Shown here piece after piece: positions 12,986 through 23,612 of a stretch of DNA of 64,000 nt; position 1 is the stretch's first letter; each line of letters opens with the position of its first letter. The notes under the pieces were generated by a model, which had not been told where the DNA came from, did no database searches, and saw only the letters and a program-made list of their open reading frames with translations. Made by a program: the position numbers and the translations under genes. This stretch comes from Squalus acanthias. Taxonomy: Eukaryota. The DNA lies in NCBI GenBank assembly GCA_030390025.1, contig CM059431.1, positions 130,636,001 to 130,700,000 on the forward strand, in the 5' to 3' direction.

Positions 12986-13593
12986 GGCATAGGGACTCAA
13001 GATTTACACTATTTTCAGGAGGTCCTGGAGTTTCAGCACTGAGAGATGTAGTGGGGATGTTCCAGAAAGTTTGGAGAGGAAGGTTTTGGAAATGAGGAAG
13101 TTCTGGGAACACTGGGGCATGTCCTGGGATCTAGGATCACTGAGCGAGGGGGATCTGGGAGAATTGGGAGGGAGATATGGTAGTATTGGAGCTGGTCCTA
13201 CAGTCGGGGGACTGGCAATGAAATATTGGAATTTGTGAGAACTAAGAGGGGTCCCAGGATCTGGGAGGGTTTTTTTGGTTTCAGCAGATTGGAATGAGTG
13301 TTTTGGAGCTTTGGGGGTTCAGAATTTGGCAGTTTTGAAGGGTAGCTGGCATCTGGCAATGCTCTAGGGGGAACAGGGTCCAGCAGCCATGTTGGGGCAG
13401 GGGCCCAGGACAATGGGACCCAAACATTCAGACCATGAGGGCACCACCCTGCCACTGCATTCCCATCCATCCATCTCCTCCCCGAACACAACCTCAGGTA
13501 CCCCACACCACCACTTTTCCCATTGTCAGTGTATCCTGTCTTTATGTTCTTGCCTTAAAACATGTAAGGGCAAATTTTCTGCTTCTGGGTCCC

Positions 13594-15600
13594 AACATAG
13601 GAATAGGAGTAGGCCATTTAGCCTCTTGAGCCTGTTCTGCATTCAATTAGATCATGGCTGATCTGTATCTTAACTCCACCTACCCGCCTTGATTCCATAA
13701 CCCTTAATACTTTTGCCTAATAAAAATCTATCAATCTCAGTTTTGGAATTTTCAGTTGACCTAGCCTCAACAGCTTTTTGGGGGAGAGAGTTCCAGATTT
13801 CCACTACCCTTTGTGTGAAGAAGTGCTGCCCGACACCACCCCTGAACGGCTTAGCTCTAATTTTAAGGTTATGTCCCCTTGTTCTTGACTTCCCCACCAG
13901 AGGAAATAGTTTCTCTCTATCTACCCTATCAACTCCTTTAATCATCTACACCTCAATTAGATCACCACTTAATCTTCTACACTTGCGGCAATACAAGCCT
14001 AGTTTATGCAACCTGTCCTCATAATCAACCCTTTTAACCCCGGTAACATTCTGGTGAATCTGCACTACACCCCATCCAAGGCCAATATATCCTTCCTGAG
14101 GTGCGATGCCCAGAATTGAATGCAGTACTCTAAATGGGTAAATAACCAGAGCTTTATATAACTGTAACATAACTTCCACCATTTTGTATTCCGGCCCCCT
14201 CAAGATAAAGGACAACATTCCATTAGCTTTTTAAATAATTTTTTGTATCTGCAGCTTTTAGTGATTTCTGTACTTGGACCCCTAAAAATCTCTGCTGCTC
14301 CACAGTTCCTAGCACCTCGCCATTTAAAAAATACTCAGATATAGCTTTCTTAGGTCTAAATGGAAGATCTCACATTACCCCATATAGAACTTCATCTGCA
14401 ACAGTTTTGCCCACTCACTTAATCTATCACTGTCCCTTTGCAATGTTTTGCTCCCACCTACAGCAAACTTTATCTAAGTCATTTATAAATATAGTGAAAA
14501 GCTGAGGCCCCAGTACAGATCCCTGGGGGACACCACGTGTCACATCCTGCCAATTGCAGTACATACCCATTAACCCTACTCTCTGTCTCCTACCTCCTAA
14601 TTAATTCCCTACCCATGTCAATAGGTTACCTCCAATTCCATGTGCTCTCATTTTTGCTAGCAGTCTCTTATGTGTAACCTTATTGAATGCCTCTGGAAGC
14701 CCATATAAATAACATCCATAGAGACTCCCTTATCTACCATGTTAGTTACCTCCTCAAAAAATTCAATTAATTTCCTTAGAACATAAGAACATAAGAAATA
14801 GGAGCAGGAGTAGTGGGGAACCAAGGGTCTAGTGAGAATGAGGAACTTGGAGAAATTAGTATTCGTAAAGAAATAGTACTGGAGAAATTAATGGGACTAA
14901 AAGCTGACAAATCCCCTCTCCCAGTCCACAGGATCTCTACTTTGCATTCGTATAAGCCTTTTCTTTTAGTTTTATACTACTTCTCACTTCTTTAGTTGAC
15001 CAGGGTTATTTAATTACACAAGTAGAGCTCTTGCCCGTTAGAGGTATTCTACCAAATATTTCTTTGAACACCTCCCATGGTTCATCTGTAGTATTATCCA
15101 TTATTAGTTCTGCCCAGTCTATTATGGTCAATTCCTACCTCATCCCTCCAAAGTCAACCTTATCTAAATTTAAAACCTTGGTTCATGGCTCACCCTTCTC
15201 CATCTCAAACCTAATATCGAATTCTATCTTGTTTTGGTCACTGTTAGCTAGGTGTTCCCTTACTGTTAGATTATTGACTAATTCAGGCTCATTGCAATCT
15301 AATATGGCCTGTTTTCTTGTTGGTTCAAGAACATATTGTTCCAGAAAACTGTCTCGAATACACTCAAGAAATTCACTGGCTTTGGAACGTGAGCTGTTCT
15401 GCTTCTCCCAGTCTATGTGAAAATTAAAGTCTCCCATTATAACCACTCTGTTTTTGCAACAAGCATCTCTGATCTCCGTGTTTATGCATCCCACTACTTT
15501 ATCACTGCTATCAAGAGGTCTGTAGACAGCTCCCATCAAAGTCTTTTCTATTCCTGAACTCTATTCAGCGCATTCTACTGCCTGCTCACCCTTATCCCCT
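13594..15600 (-). mobile_element. CR1-type LINE ORF2 remnant (APE endonuclease, RT and 3' UTR) with internal deletion and a nested CR1 piece
   Basis: ORF 15183-15539 GAVYRP...VIMGDFNFHIDW (APE); ORFs 13946-14218 and 13670-13945 match the CR1 C-terminus; 3' tail at 13594. Confidence 0.88.
14779..14916 (-). mobile_element. Small nested 5'-inverted CR1 insertion
   Basis: agaacataagaacataagaaataggagcaggagtag (CR1 3' tail, minus strand) fused to plus-strand internal ORF2 sequence EIVLEKLMGLKADKSP. Confidence 0.6.
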
Positions 15601-15667
15601 CTTTCTAATGCTGTAATAGTGTCCTTTCTAATGCTGTAATAGTGTCCTTTCTAATGCTGTAATAGTG
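15601..15667. repeat. 23-bp tandem repeat x3
   Basis: ctttctaatgctgtaatagtgtc repeated at 15601, 15624 and 15647. Confidence 0.95.
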
Positions 15668-15793
15668 GCATATACCAAGATCACATTAACAGAAGGAATA
15701 ATCACAGGATGGGGTTGTTCAATTTTCTGACGTGCCAGGAATGTAGGAGTGGAAAATTCATTGTATTGTGTACTATTAGTTTTATGACTTATA

Positions 15794-16686
15794 GGGGGAA
15801 AAATTCAGTTGGTTGCGCCACCCGTTAGCGCCTTAAGAGGGCGCTAATGGGGCGCAAAGCATCTAGCGCCCAGGCGCGGCGAAGTTTGCGCCGATCGTGA
15901 AATTAACTAGACATTTTGCGGTGATGCTAAACACTACCGCCACGATCTCCTGCGCCGGCAGATCATGACGTCACTCGAGTGCGCAACGCCCTGGTATCGC
16001 CCCAGAGCGGATATTGAGTGGCGCCCCCTGCCTTACCACCTGACGCTAGCAACGACAGGTTGAGGGGAGCGTTCTGCAGTCATGAAGGGAAAGGGGGAGC
16101 GCTATTTAAAGGTGACCGCTTCCTGCCTTTTATTGTTGGTGCCATTTTTGAACTACACATTCTGAGAGAGAGAGGGAGAGACTTCTGGAGAGATTCAACG
16201 TTGTGTGAAGGAGTTTTGGGTACTGAGCAGCACTTTGCAGGTTCATTTTGACTTGCCATTCCTTGTATCGATTTAGCAGAGACTGTGGGGGCTGCACTCT
16301 GAGCTCTTGGCCTGGTACTCTCCATTGTTCTTTCCAGCACATTTGATGTGCAGTTCTCTCCAGGCCGAGATTCAAGGCTGCAATGAGCAGGATGTGGATT
16401 GAAAGCAAGATTAACCATCCCCTTTAAGAACTGGCCCATGCCATTGTGTGTGTGTTCCATTGCTGACTGACATTACATGAGCTTCGCCAGCGCTCTGAGG
16501 TAGCGCCTCGCTCCTCGGCCTTTGCGCCTTAAGACAGGTGTGAAGCGCCTGATATAGCGCTGCAATCACCTCCAGGGGCGATAAAAGTCAAGTTTGCAGT
16601 CGGTGGCGATAATTAGCGACAGGCGCTAATTTTTGCGCCCGGCCGATAATTGCGCCCCAAATGGGGCGATACTGAATTTCTCCCCC
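15794..16686. mobile_element. Harbinger MITE family A, copy 1 (893 bp)
   Basis: TIR GGGGGAAAAATTCAGT / ACTGAATTTCTCCCCC; ATA TSD; near-identical to 59094-59986 in reverse orientation. Confidence 0.95.
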
Positions 16687-16856
16687 ATACAGTCTTTAGT
16701 ATGCATACATTTCCATAAACACACAAAAATAATTACTTCATAGAGAGATAGAGGGATGGTCATGTTGTGGTTACGATACTGGACTAACAAGCTAGAAATT
16801 CCCCCCTGATTTGGCTTAAATATGACTTTAGTCCACAGTATGCCCTCAAAAGATAA

Positions 16857-17732
16857 GGGGGAGAAATTCAGTATTGCCCCATTTGGGGCGCAATTATCAG
16901 CCGGGCGCAAAGATTAGCGCCTGGCGCTAATTATCGCCTCCGACTGCAAACTTGACTTTTATCGCCCCTGGAGGTGATTGGAGCGCTAAATCAGGCGCTT
17001 CACACCTGTCTTAAGGCGCAAAGGCCGAAGAGCGAGGCGCTACCTCAGAGCGCTGGCGAAGCTCATGTGATGTCAGTCAGCAATGGAACACACACACACA
17101 GTTCTTAAAGGGGAGGGTTGATCTTGCTTTCCATCCACATCCTGCTCATTGCAGCCTTGAATCTCGGCCTGGAGAGACCTGCACATCAAATCTGCTGGAA
17201 AGAACAATGGAGAGTACCAGGGAAAGAGCTCAGAGTGCAGCCCCAAGAGTCTCTTCTAAATCGATGCAAGGAAGGGCAACTCAAAATGAACCTGCAAAGT
17301 GCTGCTCAGTACCCAAAATTCCTTCACACAGCGTTGAATCTCTCCAGAAGTCTCTCTCTCTCAGAATGCGTGGTTCAAAAATGTCACCAACAATAAAAGG
17401 CAGGAAGCAGTCGCCTTTAAATAGCGCTCCCCCAGTCCCTTCCTGACTGCAAATCGCTCCCCTCAACCTGTCGTTGCTAGCGTCAGGCGGTAAGGCAGGG
17501 GGCATCACTCAATATCCACTCCGGGGCGATACCGGGGCGTTGCGCACTCGACTGACGTCACGATGTGCCGGCGCAGGAGATCATGACGGTAGTGTTTAGC
17601 GCCGCTGCAAAATGTCTAGTTAATTTCGCGAGCGGCGCAAACATCGCCGCGCCCGGGCGCTAGTTGCTTTGCGCCCCATTAGCGCCCTCTTAAGGCGCTA
17701 ACGGAAGGCGCAACCAACTGAATTTTTCCCCC
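16857..17732. mobile_element. Harbinger MITE family A, copy 2 (inverted relative to copy 1)
   Basis: TIR GGGGGAGAAATTCAGT / ACTGAATTTTTCCCCC; TAA TSD at 16854-16856 and 17733-17735. Confidence 0.95.
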
Positions 17733-18208
17733 TAACTGTCAGTTATCAGGTAACTAGGGATGGGCTCCATTGAGGCATTGCCAGCATTGCCCACATTCAT
17801 GGGCAATTTTTTTAAATTCTTAAACGTTCATGGTTTACAGTTTCCAAGTTTTTGTATAAATAAATTTCCCAACTTTTAAAATGGTTGAGAAGATAACAAT
17901 TTTTTAAACTGAATTTACACCAGAAATAGACTCAAAAAGCAAAACGTTCTTTTTGTTTTCTTTTCTAACCAGCAGCAAATAAACAATATTCACAGATGTT
18001 TCTAATCTTGATGTCTGTTTGTGAGGGGTTCATAACAGAAAAACAGCAATTCTTAATAAATTTAAATAAATGCCATCACTTGCCTGAAATTAAGCTTTGC
18101 GAATTCACTATTTATTTTATTTCAATATCTTTTGGTAAAAGCAAGGAAACTTTTAATTCCTCAAATAATCCTTCATGATGATGCACAGATTGCATATCAG
18201 GAAACTTT

Positions 18209-19008
18209 GGCTGCGATTTTATCAATGGAGGCGGGTTGAGTGCGGGTCAGGTGGTTTCCGGCTTCCAGTCCCGCCCCCAACTGCATCCGGCCCACAGACG
18301 TGATTTTACATTGATTGACCTTGTTGCCAGCCAATTAAGAGGAAGCCGGTCTATTGACATCATTTGATGACGCATCATCTGTCGGTTTCCTTAAAGGGAC
18401 CACGCACAATTTTTTTTTGACAGATGATTGCTCAGTGTTTGACAGCATTGAGGTGCTCCAAACACTGACAATCAATGCACAAAGGTGAGCTCTTGCACCC
18501 AGGCTCCCCAATGACTCCCTCCATGTCACTGGTGAGAGAGGTTCTCCCAATGAGGTGGCACTGGACATGGATTTCAAATCTTGTAACCCAAAGAAATGTG
18601 TAAATGTATTAAAAATGCATTTCCCAACATTTTCTTAGCTCTGAGACTCACCAGTGCAACATTGGATCCTTCACACCACTTCTGCAGCTGTCATCAATCC
18701 AGAAACATTACAGCAGACTCATAGCACGCCACACTTACCTGGCGTGGTGTCCGGACGTCAGGAAACCCAAGCCAGAAGCGGAAAAATTCAAAAATAGCCT
18801 GTCAACTACTCGCAACTACCTGTTAATAGGCTTTAATCCTCTTCCCACCGCGAGGTGTCGGGTCCATGTGAAAATTGGGGATCCGACACTTGGGAAAACT
18901 GTTTGGAGGCGGGTTGACAGCGGGATCGCAACCCGCCGTCAATCAAAATGATTTTAACCTTTGACCCGCCTCCAAACCCGCCCTCTGAGCGCCGGCAAAA
19001 TCCAGCCC
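18209..19008. mobile_element. Harbinger MITE family B, copy 1
   Basis: Ends GGCTGCGATTTT / AAAATCCAGCCC; TTT TSD; homologous (inverted) to 62264-63120; Myb N-terminal remnant APRLPNDSLH near 18495-18525. Confidence 0.85.
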
Positions 19009-19203
19009 TTTGTAAATTACACATGCCCGCAATGCACAGATGTGGTTGAAAGCTCAGTCCAACTGTTTTGAGGTAAAAATATTTAGTCAAAACCCAGGCT
19101 TTTAAGATAGCAAAATACTGCGGATGCTGGAAATCTGAAAAAAACAACAGAAAACGCTAGAAAAACTCAGCAGGCCAGGCAGCATCCGTGGAGAGAGAAA
19201 GAG

Positions 19204-19240
19204 AGTTAACGTTTCAGGTCGATGACCTTTCGTCAGAACT
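19204..19240 (-). ncRNA. Minimal type I hammerhead ribozyme motif (inverted arm)
   Basis: Reverse complement of 22629-22665. Confidence 0.8.
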
Positions 19241-19924
19241 GTGAAGAGCCGGAAATCAAATAGATTTAAGGCCAGAGTAAAGCTGGTAAAAGGGGGAGGG
19301 GATAAAAGAACAAAGGGGGAGATGAAGAGACATTAAGAGACATTAAGAGATATGCAAGGCTAGAGGTGGTGTTAATGTGACAGATTAAGGCTGAAAGAAG
19401 TGTGAAATCCACTGGCAGAATGAAGGACAGCTGCCAGCTTCTAGGAGGAAAAAAAAGGTGGGGGGGGCAAATAAAAGGGTGGAAAAAATAAAATATAAAT
19501 GTGATTGGAGCTGAGGTTATGATCTAAAATTGTTGAACTCGATATTGAGTCCAGAGGGCTGTAGCGTGCCTAAACGAAAGATGAGGTGCTGTTCCTCGAG
19601 CTTACGCTGCGCTTCCGTGGAACAGTGTAATAGGCCGAGGACGGTGAGGTCAGAGTGGGAGTGAAGCGGTGAATTAAAGTGACAGGCCACCGGGAGCTCG
19701 GGGTCCCCCTTACGGACTGAACGGAGGTGTTCCGCAAAGCGGTCACCCAATCTGCGTTTGGTCTCCCCAATGTAGAGGAGACCACATCATGAGCAGCGAA
19801 TACAGTATACTAATTTGCAGGAAGTACAAGTAAATCGCTGTTTCACCTGGAAGGGGTGTTTGGGGCCCTGGACAGTGGGAAGAGGGGAGGTGTAAGGGCA
19901 TGTGTTGCATCTCCTGTGCGTGCA

Positions 19925-22351
19925 TCTCTCGACATCTCTCTTCAGCAGCACCGACGCACTCTATCTCAAAGCTGTCCGGGTCCACAGTTCCATTTCATCC
20001 TTAGACTCATCCGACGCTTCAACAAAAAACTTTTCTTCTTCCTTTCCGATGTCAAGGATCGCAAGCTTCAACAACTCTTGGACACTAACGCCCCTCCGGA
20101 ACCTTCTTCCCCTTCACTTTCCTCTGACCCCCCTTCTCCCAATCTCACCCCCTGCCGCGTTTTCACTATCCCCTCTGACCTTCCCCTCTCTGACTCCGAA
20201 CGATCAGTCCTCAGCAAAAGCCTGACCTTCATCCCCTTACGCCCCCATCTCAATGAATTTCGAGCTCGGCACGATGCTGAGCTCTTTTTCCGCCGCCTCC
20301 GTCTCCGTGCCCACTTCTCTGGCCAGGAGTCTTCCCCCCGCACGGCTGACCCTTTCTCCCGCTTTCAGAATTCTCGTTCCACCTGGACCCCTCCCTCTGG
20401 CCTCTTACCCTCTCTAGATCTTTTCATTGCTAACTGCCGCCGTGACATCGGCCAGCTCAATTTCTCTGCTCCCCTCACTCACTCCAGCCTACCTCCCTCT
20501 GAACTTGCAGCACTCCATTCTCTCCGATCCAACCCTGACATTGTCATTAAACCTGCTGACAACGGTGGCGCTGTTGTTGTTTGGCGAACCGACCTCTACC
20601 TAGTGGAAGTTGAACGCCAACTCTATGACACCTCCTCCTACCTCCACCTGGACCATGACCCCACTACTGAACATCAAGCCACCGTGTCCAAGACCGTCAC
20701 TGACCTCATCTCCTCTGGAGATCTTCCCGCCACGGCCGCCAACCTCATAGTTCCCCAACCGCGCACAGCCCGCTTCTACCTCCTTCCCAAGATCCACAAA
20801 CAGGACTGCCCCGGTAGACCCATCGTTTCAGCCTGTTCTTGCCCCACGGAACTTATCTCTTCCTATCTCGACTCTATTTTTTCTCCCCTTGTCCAGTCTC
20901 TTCCCACCTACATCCGCGACTCTTCCGATGCCCTCCGCCATTTTAACAGTTTCCAGTTTCCCGGCCCCAACCGTCTCCTCTTCACTATGGACGTACAATC
21001 CCTCTACACCTCCATTCCCCACCAGGATGGCCTGAGGGCGCTCCGCTTCTTCCTTGAACAGAGGCCCAACCAGTCCCCATCCACCACCACCCTCCTCCGC
21101 CTGGCTGAACTTGTTCTCACATTGAACAACTTCTCCTTTGACTCTACCCATTTCCTCCAAATTAAAGGTGTTGCTATGGGTACCCGCATGGGTCCTAGCT
21201 ATGCCTGCCTTTTCGTGGGATATGTGGAACACTCTTTGTTCCAGTCCTACTCGGGTCCCCTCCCTTACCTCTTTTTCCGGTACATTGATGACTGTATCGG
21301 TGCCGTCTCCTGCTCTCGCCCTGAACTAGAACATTTCATTCACTATGCTTCCAATTTCCACCCTTCCCTCACCTTCACATGGTCCATCTCCGACTCTTCC
21401 CTTCCCTTCCTCGACTTCTCCATCTCCATCTCTGGGGATAGGTTATTGACTAACATTCACTACAAGCCCACTGACTCCCACAGCTACCTGGACTACACTT
21501 CCTCCCACCCCGCCTCCTGTAAGGACTCTATTCCATTCTCCCAGTTTCTCCGTCTCCGCCGCATCTGCTCTGATGATGCCACCTTTCATACCAGTGCTTC
21601 CGACATGTCTTCCTTTTTCCTCAACCGAGGATTCCCCTCTACCGTGGTCGACACGGCCCTCGACCGTGTCCGTTCTATCTCCCGCACTTCTGCCCTCAAC
21701 GCTGCCCCTCCCTCCCGGAACCACGATAGGGTTCCCCTTGTCCTCACCTTTCACCCCACCAGCCTCCACATTCAACGGATCATCCTCCGCCATTTCCGCC
21801 ACCTCCAGCGTGATCCCACCACCAAACACATCTTCCCCTCACCTCCCCTTTCAGCATTCCGCAGGGACCGCTCCCTCCGCGATACCCTAGTCCACTCCTC
21901 TACCACCCCCAGCACCCCTTCCCCTTCGCCCGGCACCTTCCCGTGCACGCGCAGGAGATGCAACACATGCCCTTACACCTCCCCTCTTCCCACTGTCCAG
22001 GGCCCCAAACACCCCTTCCAGGTGAAACAGCGATTTACTTGTACTTCCTGCAATTTAGTATACTGTATTCGCTGCTCACGATGTGGTCTCCTCTACATTG
22101 GGGAGACCAAACGCAGATTGGGTGACCGCTTTGCGGAACACCTCCGTTCAGTCCGTAAGGGGGACCCCGAGCTCCCGGTGGCCTGTCACTGTAATTCACC
22201 GCTTCACTCCCACTCTGACCTCACCGTCCTCGGCCTATTACACTGTTCCACGGAAGCGCAGCGTAAGCTCGAGGAACAGCACCTCATCTTTCGTTTAGGC
22301 ACGCTACAGCCCTCTGGACTCAATATCGAGTTCAACAATTTTAGATCATAA
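19925..22351 (+). CDS. Penelope-like reverse transcriptase + GIY-YIG endonuclease (5'-truncated, otherwise uninterrupted)
   Basis: IKPAD, FYLLPKIHK, GRPIVS, FTMDVQSLYT, GVAMGTRMGPSYA, RYIDD, LPFLD, HYKPT; C-x4-C-x2-C linker; NLVYCIRCSRCGLLYIGETKRRLGDRFAEH. The first ~23 codons of the listed 831-aa ORF come from the inverted arm. Confidence 0.95.
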   Translation, partial: SLDISLQQHRRTLSQSCPGPQFHFILRLIRRFNKKLFFFLSDVKDRKLQQLLDTNAPPEPSSPSLSSDPPSPNLTPCRVFTIPSDLPLSDSERSVLSKSLTFIPLRPHLNEFRARHDAELFFRRLRLRAHFSGQESSPRTADPFSRFQNSRSTWTPPSGLLPSLDLFIANCRRDIGQLNFSAPLTHSSLPPSELAALHSLRSNPDIVIKPADNGGAVVVWRTDLYLVEVERQLYDTSSYLHLDHDPTTEHQATVSKTVTDLISSGDLPATAANLIVPQPRTARFYLLPKIHKQDCPGRPIVSACSCPTELISSYLDSIFSPLVQSLPTYIRDSSDALRHFNSFQFPGPNRLLFTMDVQSLYTSIPHQDGLRALRFFLEQRPNQSPSTTTLLRLAELVLTLNNFSFDSTHFLQIKGVAMGTRMGPSYACLFVGYVEHSLFQSYSGPLPYLFFRYIDDCIGAVSCSRPELEHFIHYASNFHPSLTFTWSISDSSLPFLDFSISISGDRLLTNIHYKPTDSHSYLDYTSSHPASCKDSIPFSQFLRLRRICSDDATFHTSASDMSSFFLNRGFPSTVVDTALDRVRSISRTSALNAAPPSRNHDRVPLVLTFHPTSLHIQRIILRHFRHLQRDPTTKHIFPSPPLSAFRRDRSLRDTLVHSSTTPSTPSPSPGTFPCTRRRCNTCPYTSPLPTVQGPKHPFQVKQRFTCTSCNLVYCIRCSRCGLLYIGETKRRLGDRFAEHLRSVRKGDPELPVACHCNSPLHSHSDLTVLGLLHCSTEAQRKLEEQHLIFRLGTLQPSGLNIEFNNFRS

Positions 22352-22628
22352 CCTCAGCTCCAATCACATTTATATTTTATTTTTTCCACCCTTTTATTTG
22401 CCCCCCCCCACCTTTTTTTTCCTCCTAGAAGCTGGCAGCTGTCCTTCATTCTGCCAGTGGATTTCACACTTCTTTCAGCCTTAATCTGTCACATTAACAC
22501 CACCTCTAGCCTTGCATATCTCTTAATGTCTCTTAATGTCTCTTCATCTCCCCCTTTGTTCTTTTATCCCCTCCCCCTTTTCCCAGCTTTACTCTGGCCT
22601 TAAATCTATTTGATTTCCGGCTCTTCAC

Positions 22629-22665
22629 AGTTCTGACGAAAGGTCATCGACCTGAAACGTTAACT
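22629..22665 (+). ncRNA. Minimal type I hammerhead ribozyme motif in Penelope 3' UTR/pLTR
   Basis: AGUU-CUGACGA-A-AGGUC(AUC)GACCU-GAAA-CG-UU-AACU: intact core, 5-bp stem II, palindromic AACGUU in place of stem III, stem I AGUU/AACU. Confidence 0.8.
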
Positions 22666-23199
22666 CTCTTTCTCTCTCCACGGATGCTGCCTGGCCTGCT
22701 GAGTTTTTCCAGCGTTTTCTGTTGTTTTCCCAGGCTTTTAAGTCCTGCTGAGGCCTTAAAGTAAAAACTTTAAAGAAGGCTTTAAGCACACAAACGACAA
22801 TTTAATAGTTCAATTCATTCATGCTATTGGGAAATGTGTATTTTTTTTAATTTTGTTTAAAATATTATTTTGGATATTGAAAATTTATTAGAAAAATTGA
22901 TGCATGGATTCTTTTTCACAAAGCTTTTTGAGCGAGTCTGTTGGTTCAACAACAAACATGACAGTTAAATGTTTAAATAGTGATTTTCGTTATAAAATAC
23001 TGACATGTTTGGATAGGGTCTTCTCATTATAAAATGTTGACATGATTAGATAGGTTTTTCCATTATAAATGTTTACATAAGCAGTTTCTATCACACCATA
23101 AATTTTAACATAAAAATTATTACTGTAAAGAACATTTGTAGACAGGAAGTTTCTTGTCATGTGCAGTATTTTTTTATAATATGTTGATTATATGCATTT

Positions 23200-23612
23200 C
23201 CAGGTAGGTCTTAGGTTTGATCCCTGGTTTGTGCTCAGTTAGCTCACCTCACCCGTGATAGCTGTAAAGATACTACAATTAGACTTAACAGCCGAAAATG
23301 CTGGAGATACTCAGCAGGTCAGGCAGCATCTGTGAAGAGAGAAACAGAGTTAACGTTTCAGGTCGATGACCTTTCGTCAGAACCAGTCCAGTGCATTGCG
23401 GGCACCAGTTCTGACGAAAAGTCATCGACCTGAAACGTTAACTCTGTTCCTCTCTTCACAGATGCGGCCTGACCTGCTGAGTATCTCCAGCATTTTCTGT
23501 TTTTATTTCAGATTTCCAGCATCTGCAGTATTTTCTTTTTGTAGACTTAACAGCCTATGTTATCAACCAGGTTTGTTGCTCCAAAGTGCTATCAGTGACC
23601 CCCTGCTCTTTG
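23200..23612 (+). mobile_element. Old tRNA-derived SINE remnant interrupted by the Penelope hairpin
   Basis: B-box-like ggtttgatccc followed by tgtgctcagttagct; resumes as ctccaaagtgctatcagtgaccccctgct after the insertion; similar sequence near 63150-63245. Confidence 0.4.
23294..23541. mobile_element. 248-bp Penelope-derived hairpin element with two hammerhead motifs (23349-23383 minus, 23407-23443 plus)
   Basis: 14-bp TSD tagacttaacagcc at 23280-23293 and 23542-23555; ~90-bp inverted arms homologous to 22630-22720; ~44-nt tail homologous to 19107-19150. Confidence 0.93.

Larger units (their letters stand above)
19107..22728 (+). mobile_element. Penelope-like retroelement with inverted 5' arm and 14-bp TSD
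   Basis: TSD cccaggcttttaag at 19093-19106 and 22729-22742; 19141-19924 is the near-perfect reverse complement of 21944-22728; extra 34-nt tail at 19107-19140. Confidence 0.97.

Noticed and set aside
15601..15667. CRISPR-like array
   Set aside because: No spacers, eukaryotic context and no cas genes
16080..16460. 126-aa ORF recurring in all MITE A copies (also 59320-59700, 17207-17446, 32091-32561)
   Set aside because: Recurrence reflects recent copying of the MITE; ORF length and ends vary between copies and no domain is recognisable
19856..19924. Apparent N-terminus of the 831-aa ORF
   Set aside because: It is antisense sequence from the inverted arm that happens to be in frame
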